Positions 48,126 to 58,283 of a stretch of 64,000 bases of DNA are shown in pieces (the stretch's first letter is position 1; each line of letters opens with the position of its first letter). This DNA comes from Bradyrhizobium sp. (GTDB taxonomy: Bacteria; Pseudomonadota; Alphaproteobacteria; Rhizobiales; Xanthobacteraceae), in assembly GCA_035547995.1 (NCBI GenBank), contig DASZTN010000178.1, forward strand, positions 10,519-74,518, given 5' to 3'. The translations under genes and the position numbers were made by a program. Under the pieces are notes generated by a model, which worked only from the letters and a program-made list of their open reading frames with translations, made no database searches and was not told the origin of the DNA.

Positions 48126-48806
48126 ATGATGAAAAAAGTAATCCGCTCGCCGTTCCTGGCCTACACCCAGATCAAGGCGCGCATCACTGACCTGACCTAT
48201 GAGCCGGGCGAACGGCTGTCGGAAACGAAGCTCGCCGACGAATTTGGTCTTGGGCGGTCGCCGATCCGAACCGCGCTCTTGAAGCTTGAAAGTGAGGGCT
48301 GGGTAGAGATTTCACCTCAGAGCGGTACGTTTGTCCGCGCCTTATCTGAGCGTGAGATTCAGGAACTCACCGAACTTCGCTCGCTGTTGGAAGCCCATTG
48401 CGCCGGACGGGCTGTCGGGCGCGTCGCCGCGGAAGAACTCGAACTCCTCCAACAGAAATTCGCGATAGCGCGGCCAAAAGTTCTGGCGGGCGACATAGAC
48501 CTCGCTCTTCAGCTTGACGAAGAAGTTCATGCTTTGCTGTATCGCCTGGGAGGCAACGAGCTCATCGCCGATACCCTGACCGGTCTGCGCGACAAGGTTC
48601 AGTGGATTCGTCGTGCGGGCGCGATCTCTGCCCTCCGCATACAGGAGAGCTTCGAGGAGATCGGGGGCGTCGTCGAGGCCTTGAGTCGACGCGATGCGGC
48701 GATGGTCCAGTATCTGATCCGCCAGCATGTCGAGAACGCCGCGCGCTTCTGTCAAATGACGGGACGGCCATCCAAGAGCGCCGCGCTGGAGCCCGAGCGC
48801 AGCTAA
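48126..48806 (+). CDS. GntR-family regulator with FCD domain
   Basis: PGERLSETKLADEFGLGRSPIRTAL; ELRSLLE, DEEVH. Confidence 0.92.
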   Translation: MMKKVIRSPFLAYTQIKARITDLTYEPGERLSETKLADEFGLGRSPIRTALLKLESEGWVEISPQSGTFVRALSEREIQELTELRSLLEAHCAGRAVGRVAAEELELLQQKFAIARPKVLAGDIDLALQLDEEVHALLYRLGGNELIADTLTGLRDKVQWIRRAGAISALRIQESFEEIGGVVEALSRRDAAMVQYLIRQHVENAARFCQMTGRPSKSAALEPERS

Positions 48807-48852
48807 AGAAATTCCGACTTGCCGCAAAGGTCAGGACTTAAGAGAGGACCAT

Positions 48853-50205
48853 ATGTCAGATTGGCAGCGGCAGCGTTTCCTCAAGCTTGGCGCGTTTTTC
48901 CATCCGACCGGTCATCATGTTGCGGCGTGGCGTCATGAGGGCGCCCAAATCGATGCCGGCACCAATTTTGCGCATTATGTGCGTTTGGCGCAAACTGCCG
49001 AGAAGGCAAAATTCGATCTTGTCTTCCTGGCCGACGCGGTTGCCACGCGCGACGGAAACCTCGAAGGGCTTTCGCGTTGGCCGCAATACATGGCCTATTT
49101 CGAGCCGCTGACGCTGTTGTCGGCGCTGGCTGCGGTTACAACGCGTATTGGTCTCGTGTCGACGGCGACGACGAGCTACAACGAGCCTTATCACATCGCG
49201 CGCAAGTTCGCCTCCCTCGACCACATAAGTGGGGGGCGGGCAGGCTGGAACGTCGTTACGTCCTCAAATGCGTCCGAAGCCTTTAATTTCGGTCGCGACC
49301 AGCACATAGCGCACAATGAGCGCTACGATAGAGCCGCAGAATTCGTGCAGATCGTAAAGCGCCTTTGGGACAGCTACGATGATGATGCCTTTGTACGCGA
49401 TCGCGCGTCCGGTCGCTATTTCGAACCATCAAAACTTCACTTCCTGAATCACAAGGGTAACCACTTTTCTGTGCGTGGTCCGCTCAACGTTGCCCGGCCG
49501 CCGCAAGGTCATCCCGTTCTTTTTCAGGCAAGCGCATCCGATGTTGGCAAGGATCTTGCAGCACAAATTGCTGAGGTCATTTTCACACCCCTGCATGATC
49601 TCGAAAAAGGGCAGGCATTCTATCGCGAACTCAAGGAAAACGCTTTGCAGCACGGTCGCACATCGCGTGACGTCATCATCATGCCTGGACTCAATCCTAT
49701 CGTCGGACGAACTCGCGAAGAAGCAGTCGAGAAGGAGTGCTATTTCCAATCGCTCATCCATCCGGATGTCGGTAAGGAATTGCTTTCGAACGCCCTCGGG
49801 GGGGTGGATCTTTCGGATGTCGAGATCGACAAGCCTCTTCCGGACGGAATTATTTCTCCGGAAGACAGGCAGTCGAACCCGCGCTTCTCATACCTCTTCA
49901 GGGAGAGACTGACGGTCCGGCAGATGTACGAGAAATACGGCAGTGCGCGGGGGCAGCGTACGGTTGTTGGGACCGCAGACGACATTGCCGATCAAATGGA
50001 GCGCTGGTTCGTCAACCGCGCGGTGGACGGCTATCTCATTCAGCCGCCTCATCTGCCGGCGGGACTGGACGAATTCATCGAGCACGTCATCCCAAGGCTG
50101 CAAAACCGAGGTTTGTTTCGCACAGAATATGAGGGCCAGACCCTGCGCGAAAATCTCGGCCTCAAGCGACCGGCAAGCAGCTATGCAAGCGTGACGGTTC
50201 AGTAG
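48853..50205 (+). CDS. LLM flavin-dependent monooxygenase, NtaA/SnaA/DszA family
   Basis: GHHVAAWR, DLVFLAD, TTSYNEPYHIARKFASLDHISGGRAGWN. Confidence 0.93.
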   Translation: MSDWQRQRFLKLGAFFHPTGHHVAAWRHEGAQIDAGTNFAHYVRLAQTAEKAKFDLVFLADAVATRDGNLEGLSRWPQYMAYFEPLTLLSALAAVTTRIGLVSTATTSYNEPYHIARKFASLDHISGGRAGWNVVTSSNASEAFNFGRDQHIAHNERYDRAAEFVQIVKRLWDSYDDDAFVRDRASGRYFEPSKLHFLNHKGNHFSVRGPLNVARPPQGHPVLFQASASDVGKDLAAQIAEVIFTPLHDLEKGQAFYRELKENALQHGRTSRDVIIMPGLNPIVGRTREEAVEKECYFQSLIHPDVGKELLSNALGGVDLSDVEIDKPLPDGIISPEDRQSNPRFSYLFRERLTVRQMYEKYGSARGQRTVVGTADDIADQMERWFVNRAVDGYLIQPPHLPAGLDEFIEHVIPRLQNRGLFRTEYEGQTLRENLGLKRPASSYASVTVQ

Positions 50206-50249
50206 CCAGCACCAAATATTGGCAGGCGCAGCAATTGGGGGACAGAGGC

Positions 50250-50738
50250 ATGGATCTGCGCAGTGACTTCAGGCTTGGCATGCGCCGGCTGGCGTCGGGT
50301 GTTTCAATCGTGGCGACGGCGGACGAGGATGGGCCCAAAGGTTTTCTCGCGACCTCCGTCAGCTCCGTCGCGCTCGATCCCACGCCCTGTCTGCTTGTCT
50401 GTGTGAACAAATCAACCTCAAGCCATGACGCATTGCTTCGTACGCAGGTGTTCTCGGTCAATGTGCTCGCCGAACAACAGGTGGATATCGCGCGTCGCTT
50501 CAGTTCTTCCGAACTGAGGGACGCACGTTTTGAGGGCAGTGACTGGGGGAGATTAGAGACGGGCGCTCCTATCTGCCGAGGGGCGCTCGCGAACTTCGAT
50601 TGCCGGCTGATGACCACGATGACCGTACAGACCCATACGGTCCTGATCGGTCGCGCCGTGGCGGTCCAAATGGCCGATGCCGCCGTCGAGCCGCTGATCT
50701 ATTACGACGGTCGCTTCGACCGTAATCGGGCTGCCTGA
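50250..50738 (+). CDS. Flavin reductase (HpaC/NtaB-like)
   Basis: FRLGMRRLASGVSIV, SVSSVALDP, FSVNVL, THTVLIG, PLIY. Confidence 0.93.
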   Translation: MDLRSDFRLGMRRLASGVSIVATADEDGPKGFLATSVSSVALDPTPCLLVCVNKSTSSHDALLRTQVFSVNVLAEQQVDIARRFSSSELRDARFEGSDWGRLETGAPICRGALANFDCRLMTTMTVQTHTVLIGRAVAVQMADAAVEPLIYYDGRFDRNRAA

Positions 50739-50836
50739 AGTGCTCTGCCTCTCCGGGGCTATCCATAACGAGTACGACCGGCCATTCAGAACTATCCGTC
50801 AATCTTCAATCGGCTTTACCCACAAGGAGCATATTC

Positions 50837-51706
50837 ATGCGGCGAGTGTTAAGTACGGTCACGGTCACTTTCGGATTGGCGCTCTCGTTCGTCTCCAGCG
50901 TCCAGGCGCAGGCAGCTTGCACTCCGACCCTGTCCCATCCGCCGCTCGCGCGAGCGGGATACCTCATTTCCGCGATCAACCCGACGGTTGCGCCGGTGCA
51001 GTACATCGACGATTCGGGCAACATCGTGGGTCTCGATCCCGAACTCGGCGATGCGATCGCCGAACGTCTGTGCCTCAAGCAGGAGCTCCATTCCACCCAG
51101 TTCGCGACGATGATTCCGCTCGCCAAGGAGGGGCGTGTAGACATGATCAACAGCTTCATGTTCTACACCCCGGAACGTGCGAGCCAGGTGTTCATGATAC
51201 CCTATGGCGCTACCACGCTGGCCTTGCTGGTGCAGAAGAAGAACACGGATGATATCAAGGGGCCGGAATACTTCTCAGGTAAGCGGTTCGGCACCGAGCT
51301 TGGTACGGTCGACTATCAAGCTGCGAAAACCGCCAGCGAAGAATTGGTTAAGGCCGGAAAGCCCGCGATCGATGTGCGGACGTTCGACACCTATGCAGAT
51401 GTTCTGCAGGCGCTGGCTGCAGGCCAGGTGGACGGCGTTTTCGTTGGCACTGAGCAGGCCATCTACTACCGCGACAAAGGTACCGATTTCTTTCGAATTG
51501 CTTTGAGCGGCTATCAGCCGCACGTCGAAGCGCTGGCATTCGGAAATATTGAAGTCGCCCATGCCGTCGAAAAGGCCCTGAACGATATGAAGGCCGATGG
51601 CTCGCTCGACAAGCTGTTCAACAAGTATGGCCATTGCTACCTGCCGGGACCGTATAAGGTGACGACCGGGCCCATAACAGTGCCGGCTTGCAAAGGTGTC
51701 AAGTAA
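50837..51706 (+). CDS. Polar amino-acid ABC substrate-binding protein (family 3)
   Basis: Leader ending AQA; GLDPELGDAIA, GRVDM, TPER, MKADGS. Confidence 0.9.
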   Translation: MRRVLSTVTVTFGLALSFVSSVQAQAACTPTLSHPPLARAGYLISAINPTVAPVQYIDDSGNIVGLDPELGDAIAERLCLKQELHSTQFATMIPLAKEGRVDMINSFMFYTPERASQVFMIPYGATTLALLVQKKNTDDIKGPEYFSGKRFGTELGTVDYQAAKTASEELVKAGKPAIDVRTFDTYADVLQALAAGQVDGVFVGTEQAIYYRDKGTDFFRIALSGYQPHVEALAFGNIEVAHAVEKALNDMKADGSLDKLFNKYGHCYLPGPYKVTTGPITVPACKGVK

Positions 51707-51910
51707 AGCACGAGGAATTGGCGTGCAGGTGCGCTCGTCCCTGCAATCGTCAGGACGCAGATGGGAATACGCGGCTAACCGGAATTCCAGTCTGACGGGC
51801 TTGCTCGCCACACAGGCGGCCGGCCGGCTGGCCTTGCAAGTTCTTGCGCTGCCCAGCTCCTCAAGAAGTGCAATCGAAGCCACTACAGCAAAGATGGGAA
51901 AGTCTGGGAT

Positions 51911-52696
51911 ATGAAGGAAGCGCTTGTTCGGCTCAAGAAAGAAGGCTCCATAGCAACCATCACCCTCGATAATCCGCCGGTAAACGCCGCGTCCACCAGG
52001 CTAATGAACGCACTGCATGCGCGGCTTGATGAGGTCGAGCAGGACGCCGCCATCCGTTGCGTGATCCTCGCCGGCGCCGGTGAGAAGGCCTTCTGTGCCG
52101 GCGGCGATCTGCGCGAAGAGAAGGATTTTGGAAGCCCTGAAGCGTCCGCCGCCTTCCGCACTCTCGGACGCCGTACGTTGGATCGGATCGAGGCTTTTCC
52201 GGTTCCCATCGTTGCGGCAATCCATGGCTACTGCATTGGCGGTGGCACGGCGATCGGCTGGGCATGCGACATTCGGCTGGCCGCAGACAACACCGTTTTT
52301 CGTGCCGGGGACGCTTACATCGGTATGGTGCCGAGCTGGGGGATGGGGCTTACGCGACTGCCGCGCTATGTCGGGCGCTGCCGGGCGCTCGACATTCTCT
52401 TGCTCGGAGAGAACTTCGGTGCCGAAACAGCCCGGGAATTCGGGCTTGTGACGCGGGTCGTCAAACGTGCCGATCTCGAGAAGGAGGCTCTGGCGGTCGC
52501 GGAGCGGATCGCGTCAGCTTCGCCAACGGCGATACGCGCGACACGCGATGCCATCCGGTTCAACTCTCGCGAAACCTGGAAGGATATGGTCGCCTTTGAG
52601 AACGAGATATGTGAGAAGGTCTTCGCTCATCCCGACGCCCACGAGGGACCGAAGGCGTTCTCCGAAAAGCGCAAGCCGAACTTCAAGGCGCTCTGA
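51911..52696 (+). CDS. Enoyl-CoA hydratase/isomerase (crotonase) family
   Basis: AFCAGGDL, AIHGYCIGGG, AFSEKRKPNF. Confidence 0.93.
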   Translation: MKEALVRLKKEGSIATITLDNPPVNAASTRLMNALHARLDEVEQDAAIRCVILAGAGEKAFCAGGDLREEKDFGSPEASAAFRTLGRRTLDRIEAFPVPIVAAIHGYCIGGGTAIGWACDIRLAADNTVFRAGDAYIGMVPSWGMGLTRLPRYVGRCRALDILLLGENFGAETAREFGLVTRVVKRADLEKEALAVAERIASASPTAIRATRDAIRFNSRETWKDMVAFENEICEKVFAHPDAHEGPKAFSEKRKPNFKAL

Positions 52697-54786
52697 TGGG
52701 TGTCGACAGCCTGCTCAATCCGCGATCGATCGCCATCGTCGGAGCTTCAGAGAAGGTCGGGCCCGGCTACAATGCCTTCAAGGCACTGGAATATGTCGGA
52801 TTCACAGGCCGTATCGATCTGGTAAATCCGAGATCGCCCGAGCTATTTGGCCGGCGAACATTCGCCTCCCTCGAGGAGATTCCGGACCAGATCGACGCCG
52901 TATTCGTGGCCGTGGCGGCTGACGCTGTCTTGAACATCGCCAGGGCCGCGGACAAAAAAGGCGTCGGCGCGCTTGCCATCCTGTCCAGTGGGTTTGGCGA
53001 GACAGAGGAGGGGCTCACCGCGCAACATGAACTTAGTGCAATCTGCGCCGCGAGCGGCATCGCCGTTTGCGGCCCCAATTGTCTCGGCCTGATCAATTTC
53101 CGGGGTAACGCTGCACTTTTTGGCACGTCGCTGCCTGACACGGTAAAGCGGGGTGGTATCGCTGCGATCGTACAGAGCGGATCGGTCGGAATTGCGCTGC
53201 TCAACTCCGCGCGTGGTCTCGGTCTCAGTTATCTCATCACCACCGGAAACGAAGCCGTAACGGCGGCCGCCGACTATATCGACGCTGTTATCGATGATCC
53301 GGCCGTCAACACTATTCTGGTCTTCGCCGAGCAAATAAAGAAGCCTACCGCTTTCGTGCAGGCGCTAAGGCGGGCGCGCATCGCCGGCAAGCCCGTCATC
53401 GTCTTCAAGAGCGGCCGTTCTCAATCGGGCAAAGGCGCGGTCATGGCGCACACCGGGGCAATTGCCGGCAGCGACGAGGCTTGCGATGCGGCGCTGGCTG
53501 CAGCGGGAGCCATTCAAGTGCATTCGCTCGATGATCTCATCGAGACAGCGTTGCTCGCGTCGACAATCGGGTTGAAGCCGCGCAGCAGGCAGCTCGGCGG
53601 CCTTTCACTTTCCGGCGGCGAAATCGCGCTCGTGCTGGATGCAGCCGAGGATCTTGGTGTAACGTTCGCCCCGCTTGGTGCGGCAAAACACACCGTCAAG
53701 CAGTTGATGCCTCCTTTCGCTCATCTTTCCAATCCGCTCGATCTCACCTGGGCAGGACTTTATGATCCCACAATTGCTCAGCGCTGCGCAGAGGCAATAG
53801 CTTCGCAGGATGATGTCGGCGCGTTGATCCTCTTACAGGATGCGCCGAGCGGGCTTGGATCCCAGCAGGCGGGACGGTATGCGCGGTTGCTCGAGGCTGT
53901 AGGAAAGGGGGCGGCCGCTGCAAACACCCCGCTGGTTGCGCTGTCGAACGTTTCGGACCAGCCGCATTCCTTGTTGCAGGAAACTGCCGATAGGCTGGCC
54001 GTGCCTTACCTGCGCGGCACCCGCGTCGGCCTCGGCGCGGTCGCGAACTATGTCAAATGGTCGACGTCGCCGTTGCCATCGCCGGTGCCATCCGGGCCGA
54101 TAACAGCGCGGTTGGACTCGCTGCCGCAGGGGCGGCTCGCCGCCGAGCACGAAGCGCGCGAAACTCTGAAGGAATATGGCATCGCCGGACCGCCAGAACG
54201 TTTCGTGGGCTCTGCAGAGGAGGCCGTCGCCGCAGCGGAAGCCATCGGTTTTCCGGTGGTGCTGAAGGGAATCGTCGAAAACGTCATCCACAAGTCGGAT
54301 TCCGGGCTCGTCAAGGTCGGTCTGAACAGCACTGAAGACGTGCAAAGAGAGGTAGCGCAGATGCTGCGTGCTGCGGATCGGCTCGATGGAAAGCTCCTGG
54401 GTTTCCTGGTGCAGCGAAAACTTTCGAGCGTCTGCGAGATGTTCGTTGGAGCTCGCGTCGATCCGGATTTCGGGCCCCTCGTTGCGGTCGGTGCTGGAGG
54501 TATTCAGGTTGAACTCTACAAGGATATCGCTGTCAGCATTGCGCCACTCGACATAGATGGTGCCTTGCAGGCGATCGCGCGGACACAGGTTGCGAAACTC
54601 CTCGCTGGATTTCGCGGCGCTCCGGCGGCGGATATCGATGCGGTCGCACGAACGGTCAGCGCAGTATCGCGGTTTATCGCTGAGCACGCCAGTCACATCT
54701 CGGAGGTCGAGATAAACCCGCTCGCCGTGATGGAGGGCAACAAGGGATGCGTTGCGCTCGACTGCGTTATTCTCCCGATGAAGTGA
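52696..54786 (+). CDS. ADP-forming acyl-CoA synthetase (acetate-CoA ligase family, fused CoA-binding/ATP-grasp)
   Basis: PRSIAIVGAS, GPNCLG, QSG, AHTGAIAG (phospho-His), NPLD, HKSD, EINPL. Confidence 0.92.
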   Translation: MGVDSLLNPRSIAIVGASEKVGPGYNAFKALEYVGFTGRIDLVNPRSPELFGRRTFASLEEIPDQIDAVFVAVAADAVLNIARAADKKGVGALAILSSGFGETEEGLTAQHELSAICAASGIAVCGPNCLGLINFRGNAALFGTSLPDTVKRGGIAAIVQSGSVGIALLNSARGLGLSYLITTGNEAVTAAADYIDAVIDDPAVNTILVFAEQIKKPTAFVQALRRARIAGKPVIVFKSGRSQSGKGAVMAHTGAIAGSDEACDAALAAAGAIQVHSLDDLIETALLASTIGLKPRSRQLGGLSLSGGEIALVLDAAEDLGVTFAPLGAAKHTVKQLMPPFAHLSNPLDLTWAGLYDPTIAQRCAEAIASQDDVGALILLQDAPSGLGSQQAGRYARLLEAVGKGAAAANTPLVALSNVSDQPHSLLQETADRLAVPYLRGTRVGLGAVANYVKWSTSPLPSPVPSGPITARLDSLPQGRLAAEHEARETLKEYGIAGPPERFVGSAEEAVAAAEAIGFPVVLKGIVENVIHKSDSGLVKVGLNSTEDVQREVAQMLRAADRLDGKLLGFLVQRKLSSVCEMFVGARVDPDFGPLVAVGAGGIQVELYKDIAVSIAPLDIDGALQAIARTQVAKLLAGFRGAPAADIDAVARTVSAVSRFIAEHASHISEVEINPLAVMEGNKGCVALDCVILPMK

Positions 54787-54953
54787 GACTGCAGAATATA
54801 TGGCCCCTATCGCGGTTGTCCGAGCGATGTGGTGCGTCGGTCAGCCCCACCACGTAGATCGCAGCACGGCGCTGCCCGGGGCGAGTTGTTCGTTGGTTTC
54901 ACTGACCAAGTGTTGTCGTCAACCGGACGACTTCCGGACGATCGGATGCACCA

Positions 54954-55688
54954 TCAGCCTGCGAGAAAGCCGCCATCCACCGCGACCACGGTGCCGGTCG
55001 CATATTGCGAGGCCGGCATGCAGAGGAAGGCGACGGCGCCGGCAATGTCTTCCGGCTTTCCCCACCGCTTGAAGGCCGTGCGGTCGGCAATGCGTTGATA
55101 ATGCGCAAGATCGGAGCGGCCAGCGGCATTGATTGCGGTCTCGATATAACCGGGGGCGACGGCATTGACCCTGATGCCTTCTTCCGCCCAGGCCAGCGCC
55201 AGCGCCTTGGTCAGCATCACGACGCCGCCCTTGCTGGCGCAATAGGCGGGGATGCGGGGCAGCGCCAGGGTGGCGTTCATCGAGGCGATGTTGACGATCG
55301 AGCCCTTGCTCTTGGCGAGGGCAGGGCGAAACGCCGAACAGGTGCGAAACGTGCCGACGAGATTGACATCGAGCACCTTGGTGAAGGTATCGATCTCGTA
55401 TTCCTTGTCACGCGCCAGGATGCCGGCACAGTTGATCAGCGCATCGACGCGCTCGTGCCGGTGCGCGAAGGACGCGACGGCCTCATCGTTGGTGACGTCG
55501 AGCGGCTCGATCCCAAGTCCCGGCCGCGGCTTGAGCAGCGTTCGTGCAATGTCGCCATCATCGACGCCGGTTGCAGTGACCGTCGCCCCGAGATCGCAAA
55601 ACAGATTGGCGATCGCGGCTCCGATATCGCCGGCGCCGCCGATCACGACCGCATGAAATCCGGGTGCCAGAGAGAAGGATGCGTTCAT
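54954..55688 (-). CDS. Short-chain dehydrogenase/reductase (SDR)
   Basis: GGAGDIG, NCAG, YCASK, VNAVAPG; 4-bp overlap with lacI. Confidence 0.92.
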   Translation of the reverse strand: MNASFSLAPGFHAVVIGGAGDIGAAIANLFCDLGATVTATGVDDGDIARTLLKPRPGLGIEPLDVTNDEAVASFAHRHERVDALINCAGILARDKEYEIDTFTKVLDVNLVGTFRTCSAFRPALAKSKGSIVNIASMNATLALPRIPAYCASKGGVVMLTKALALAWAEEGIRVNAVAPGYIETAINAAGRSDLAHYQRIADRTAFKRWGKPEDIAGAVAFLCMPASQYATGTVVAVDGGFLAG

Positions 55689-56743
55689 TGATGTTGCCTG
55701 TATCGTTTTGGGGACCGTGATGGCGGAGCCGTCGATTCGCGGACGAGCAGCGAATAATCGACTTCGTGATGCATGATGGCCTGTTCTCCAGCAAGATGCC
55801 GGACCAGATATTCGCCGGCCCGCTGCCAGGTTTCCTCGGTCGGAACGTGGATGGTGGTCAGACTCGGCCGCAGGTGCCGGCTCCAATCGAGATCGTCGAA
55901 GCCGACGACCGACAGGTCTCCGGGTACTGAAAATCCGCTGCGCTCGGCCTCGAGCAGCACGCCATAGGCGATGACGTCATTGCCGCACACCACCGCGGTC
56001 GGCCGCTCCTCGAGGCTGAGCAGATAGCGGGCCGCTTCGCGTGCGTCATCCAGCGTGTAGGGCACCTCGACGTGCCATTGCGGCAGCAATTCGAGGCCGC
56101 TTTCGGCGAGCGCGCGGCGAAAACCGGCAACACGGGCGCTGGCGCGGTCATTGTTGCGCTGGAGCGCAGAGACGATCCCGACGCGGCGATGGCCAAGTTC
56201 GATCACATGCGTGGCGGCGCGATGCGCGGCCGCTTCATTGTCCGTGCCCACGCACGGATAGGGACGGTCGGGCTGATAGATGCCGACATTGATGTATGGC
56301 ACGGCGTTGTCGGCAAGCATCTTGCGCAGAGAATCGTGGTGACAGTCGCCGCGCAGCACCAATCCGTCCACGCCTCGACCGACGAGATTGCGCGCCTGTT
56401 GCAGTTCGATCTCAAGATCGTAGTTGCTGGTCGTCAGAAACAGCATATAGCCGACCGAGGAGAGATATTTCTGCAGCGAGGCGATGCCGCGTGCGAACAT
56501 GGTGTTGTCGATGGTCGGCACGATTGCACCCAGCGTGCGCGAGCGTCGCGATGACAGGATGCGCGCCGGTGCGTGCGGGATATAGCCGACCGCCTCAATG
56601 GCCTGAGCGATGCGCGCCCGTAAGGACGCACTGACCGCTTCCGGATTATTGATCGCGCGTGAAACCGACGCGGTCGAGACACCGGCTCGCGCGGCCACCG
56701 CGCGAATGCCCTGTTTCGACGATCGGAACGTCGGCGAAATCAT
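55685..56743 (-). CDS. LacI-family transcriptional regulator
   Basis: IRAVAARAGVSTASVSRAIN HTH, SVVGFDD, PSLTTI, VRES. Confidence 0.95.
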   Translation of the reverse strand: MISPTFRSSKQGIRAVAARAGVSTASVSRAINNPEAVSASLRARIAQAIEAVGYIPHAPARILSSRRSRTLGAIVPTIDNTMFARGIASLQKYLSSVGYMLFLTTSNYDLEIELQQARNLVGRGVDGLVLRGDCHHDSLRKMLADNAVPYINVGIYQPDRPYPCVGTDNEAAAHRAATHVIELGHRRVGIVSALQRNNDRASARVAGFRRALAESGLELLPQWHVEVPYTLDDAREAARYLLSLEERPTAVVCGNDVIAYGVLLEAERSGFSVPGDLSVVGFDDLDWSRHLRPSLTTIHVPTEETWQRAGEYLVRHLAGEQAIMHHEVDYSLLVRESTAPPSRSPKRYRQHQ

Positions 56744-56753
56744 TCTGGTCCAA

Positions 56754-56765
56754 TGTAACGTTACA
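56754..56765. promoter_or_regulatory. LacI-type operator (autoregulatory)
   Basis: Perfect palindrome TGTAACGTTACA 10 bp upstream of the lacI start. Confidence 0.7.
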
Positions 56766-56834
56766 AATTTGTAGCCGCTCGATCAGCTACTGCTCTCATC
56801 ATATTGAACTATGACATTGGATTTGTCGATTCTC

Positions 56835-56875
56835 TTGACAGGGATGATCTGAGGCTTACGGTGTAACCGTTTTCA
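56835..56875 (+). promoter_or_regulatory. Sigma70-type promoter with overlapping LacI operator
   Basis: TTGACA at 56835-56840, TACGGT at 56857-56862, operator TGTAACCGTTTTCA at 56862-56875. Confidence 0.65.
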
Positions 56876-56924
56876 AGAATGGCTCCGCCGAAGCAAGGCG
56901 GACCGGCGGTCAGGGAGGAGTTCA

Positions 56925-58226
56925 ATGAAAGCCAGGATGTTTGCGGCGGGCGTAGTGTTGCCAATTCTCGCCGTCACCGCTGCCGCCTCGGCGGCGCGCG
57001 CCGCTGATTTCGACTGGAAGAAATTCCAGGGCAAGACCATCCATTTTCTGGCCAACAACAATCCGGTTTCGCAGGCGTTGCTGACCCACAAGGCCGATTT
57101 CGAGAAGCTCACGGGGATGACTCTCAAGGTCGATGGCTATCAGGAGCAGCAGATGCGCCAGCGGCTCGTCACCGTAATGAATGCGCACAGCGACGAAGTC
57201 GACGTCTTCATGACGCTGCCCTCGCGCGAGGGCGAGCAGTTCGCGGCTTCCGGCTGGTACGCCGACCTGACGCCGATGACCAGGAATGCCGTCGCAGGCG
57301 ACTATGATTATCCGGGCCTGAGCCAGGCGCTGCTGAAAGCTGCGACCTATGGCGGCAAGCTCACCAGCATGCCGATGAACATCGAAGGTCCGGTCCTTTA
57401 TTACCGCACCGACATTTTCAAGAAGTGCGGCGTCGATCAGCCGAAGACGATCGCCGACGTCGAGGCCGCCGCAAAGAAAATCAAGGCATGCGATCCCAGC
57501 ATCACGCCCTTCGTCTCGCGCGGCTTGAAACCGGCGCTGCCCTACACTTTTAGCAACGTGTTGCACAATATGGGCGGCAGCTACATGGTGAATGGCAAGT
57601 CCGCGTTGTGCTCGCCCAAGGACAAGCAGGCGCTCGATACCTATAGCCGGCTGTTGCGCGACTATGGTCCGCCCGGTGTCGTCAACTACAGCTTCCCGCA
57701 GATTTCCGCGCTCTATCGTGCCGGCCGTGCCGCGATGTCGTTCGAGGCGTCGAACGAACTGCGCACGGTGATGGAAGGCGGTGAGCGCCTGAAGGATACT
57801 GCCGTGATCCCGTTCCCGGCCGGCGATGGCGGGCAGGTGCCGACCGCAATCGGCTGGGGCATGGCGGTCTCGGCCTATAGCAAGCAGCCGGATGCCGCCT
57901 GGTATTTCGTGCAATGGGCGACGAGCCCCGCGGTCCAGAAGCTGATGGCCGTGCAGGGTATTGCGCCGCCGCGCTCGTCCGTTGCCAAAGATCCGGATTA
58001 TCGCAAGTGGATCGAGGAACAGCCGGTGCGCAAGGAGTGGCAGGCCGCACTCGATGTATTGGCGGCGAAGGGTTCCTCCGAGGTCGGCTATCCCATCGTG
58101 GCCAATCCGGAATCGCGCGAGTTCATCGGGCAGGCGGTGCAGGATCTGATCCTGAAGCAGAAGACGGTCGACCAAGCCTGCGCCGACGCAGACAAGGCGC
58201 TTGATGCCCTGATCGCGCAGAAATGA
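56925..58226 (+). CDS. Sugar (CUT1) ABC substrate-binding protein
   Basis: Sec leader ending ARA; LYYRTDIF, GWGMAVS, AAWYFVQWATS. Confidence 0.93.
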   Translation: MKARMFAAGVVLPILAVTAAASAARAADFDWKKFQGKTIHFLANNNPVSQALLTHKADFEKLTGMTLKVDGYQEQQMRQRLVTVMNAHSDEVDVFMTLPSREGEQFAASGWYADLTPMTRNAVAGDYDYPGLSQALLKAATYGGKLTSMPMNIEGPVLYYRTDIFKKCGVDQPKTIADVEAAAKKIKACDPSITPFVSRGLKPALPYTFSNVLHNMGGSYMVNGKSALCSPKDKQALDTYSRLLRDYGPPGVVNYSFPQISALYRAGRAAMSFEASNELRTVMEGGERLKDTAVIPFPAGDGGQVPTAIGWGMAVSAYSKQPDAAWYFVQWATSPAVQKLMAVQGIAPPRSSVAKDPDYRKWIEEQPVRKEWQAALDVLAAKGSSEVGYPIVANPESREFIGQAVQDLILKQKTVDQACADADKALDALIAQK

Positions 58227-58236
58227 TGTTGTGGAT

Positions 58237-58264
58237 GCTGGTCGCGCCGTCAGGCGCGGCCGGC
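58237..58264 (+). terminator. Intercistronic stem-loop after the SBP gene (mRNA stabiliser or partial terminator)
   Basis: GCTGGTCGCGCC-GTCA-GGCGCGGCCGGC; no U-tract. Confidence 0.5.
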
Positions 58265-58283
58265 TCATCATTGGAAAAACCAC

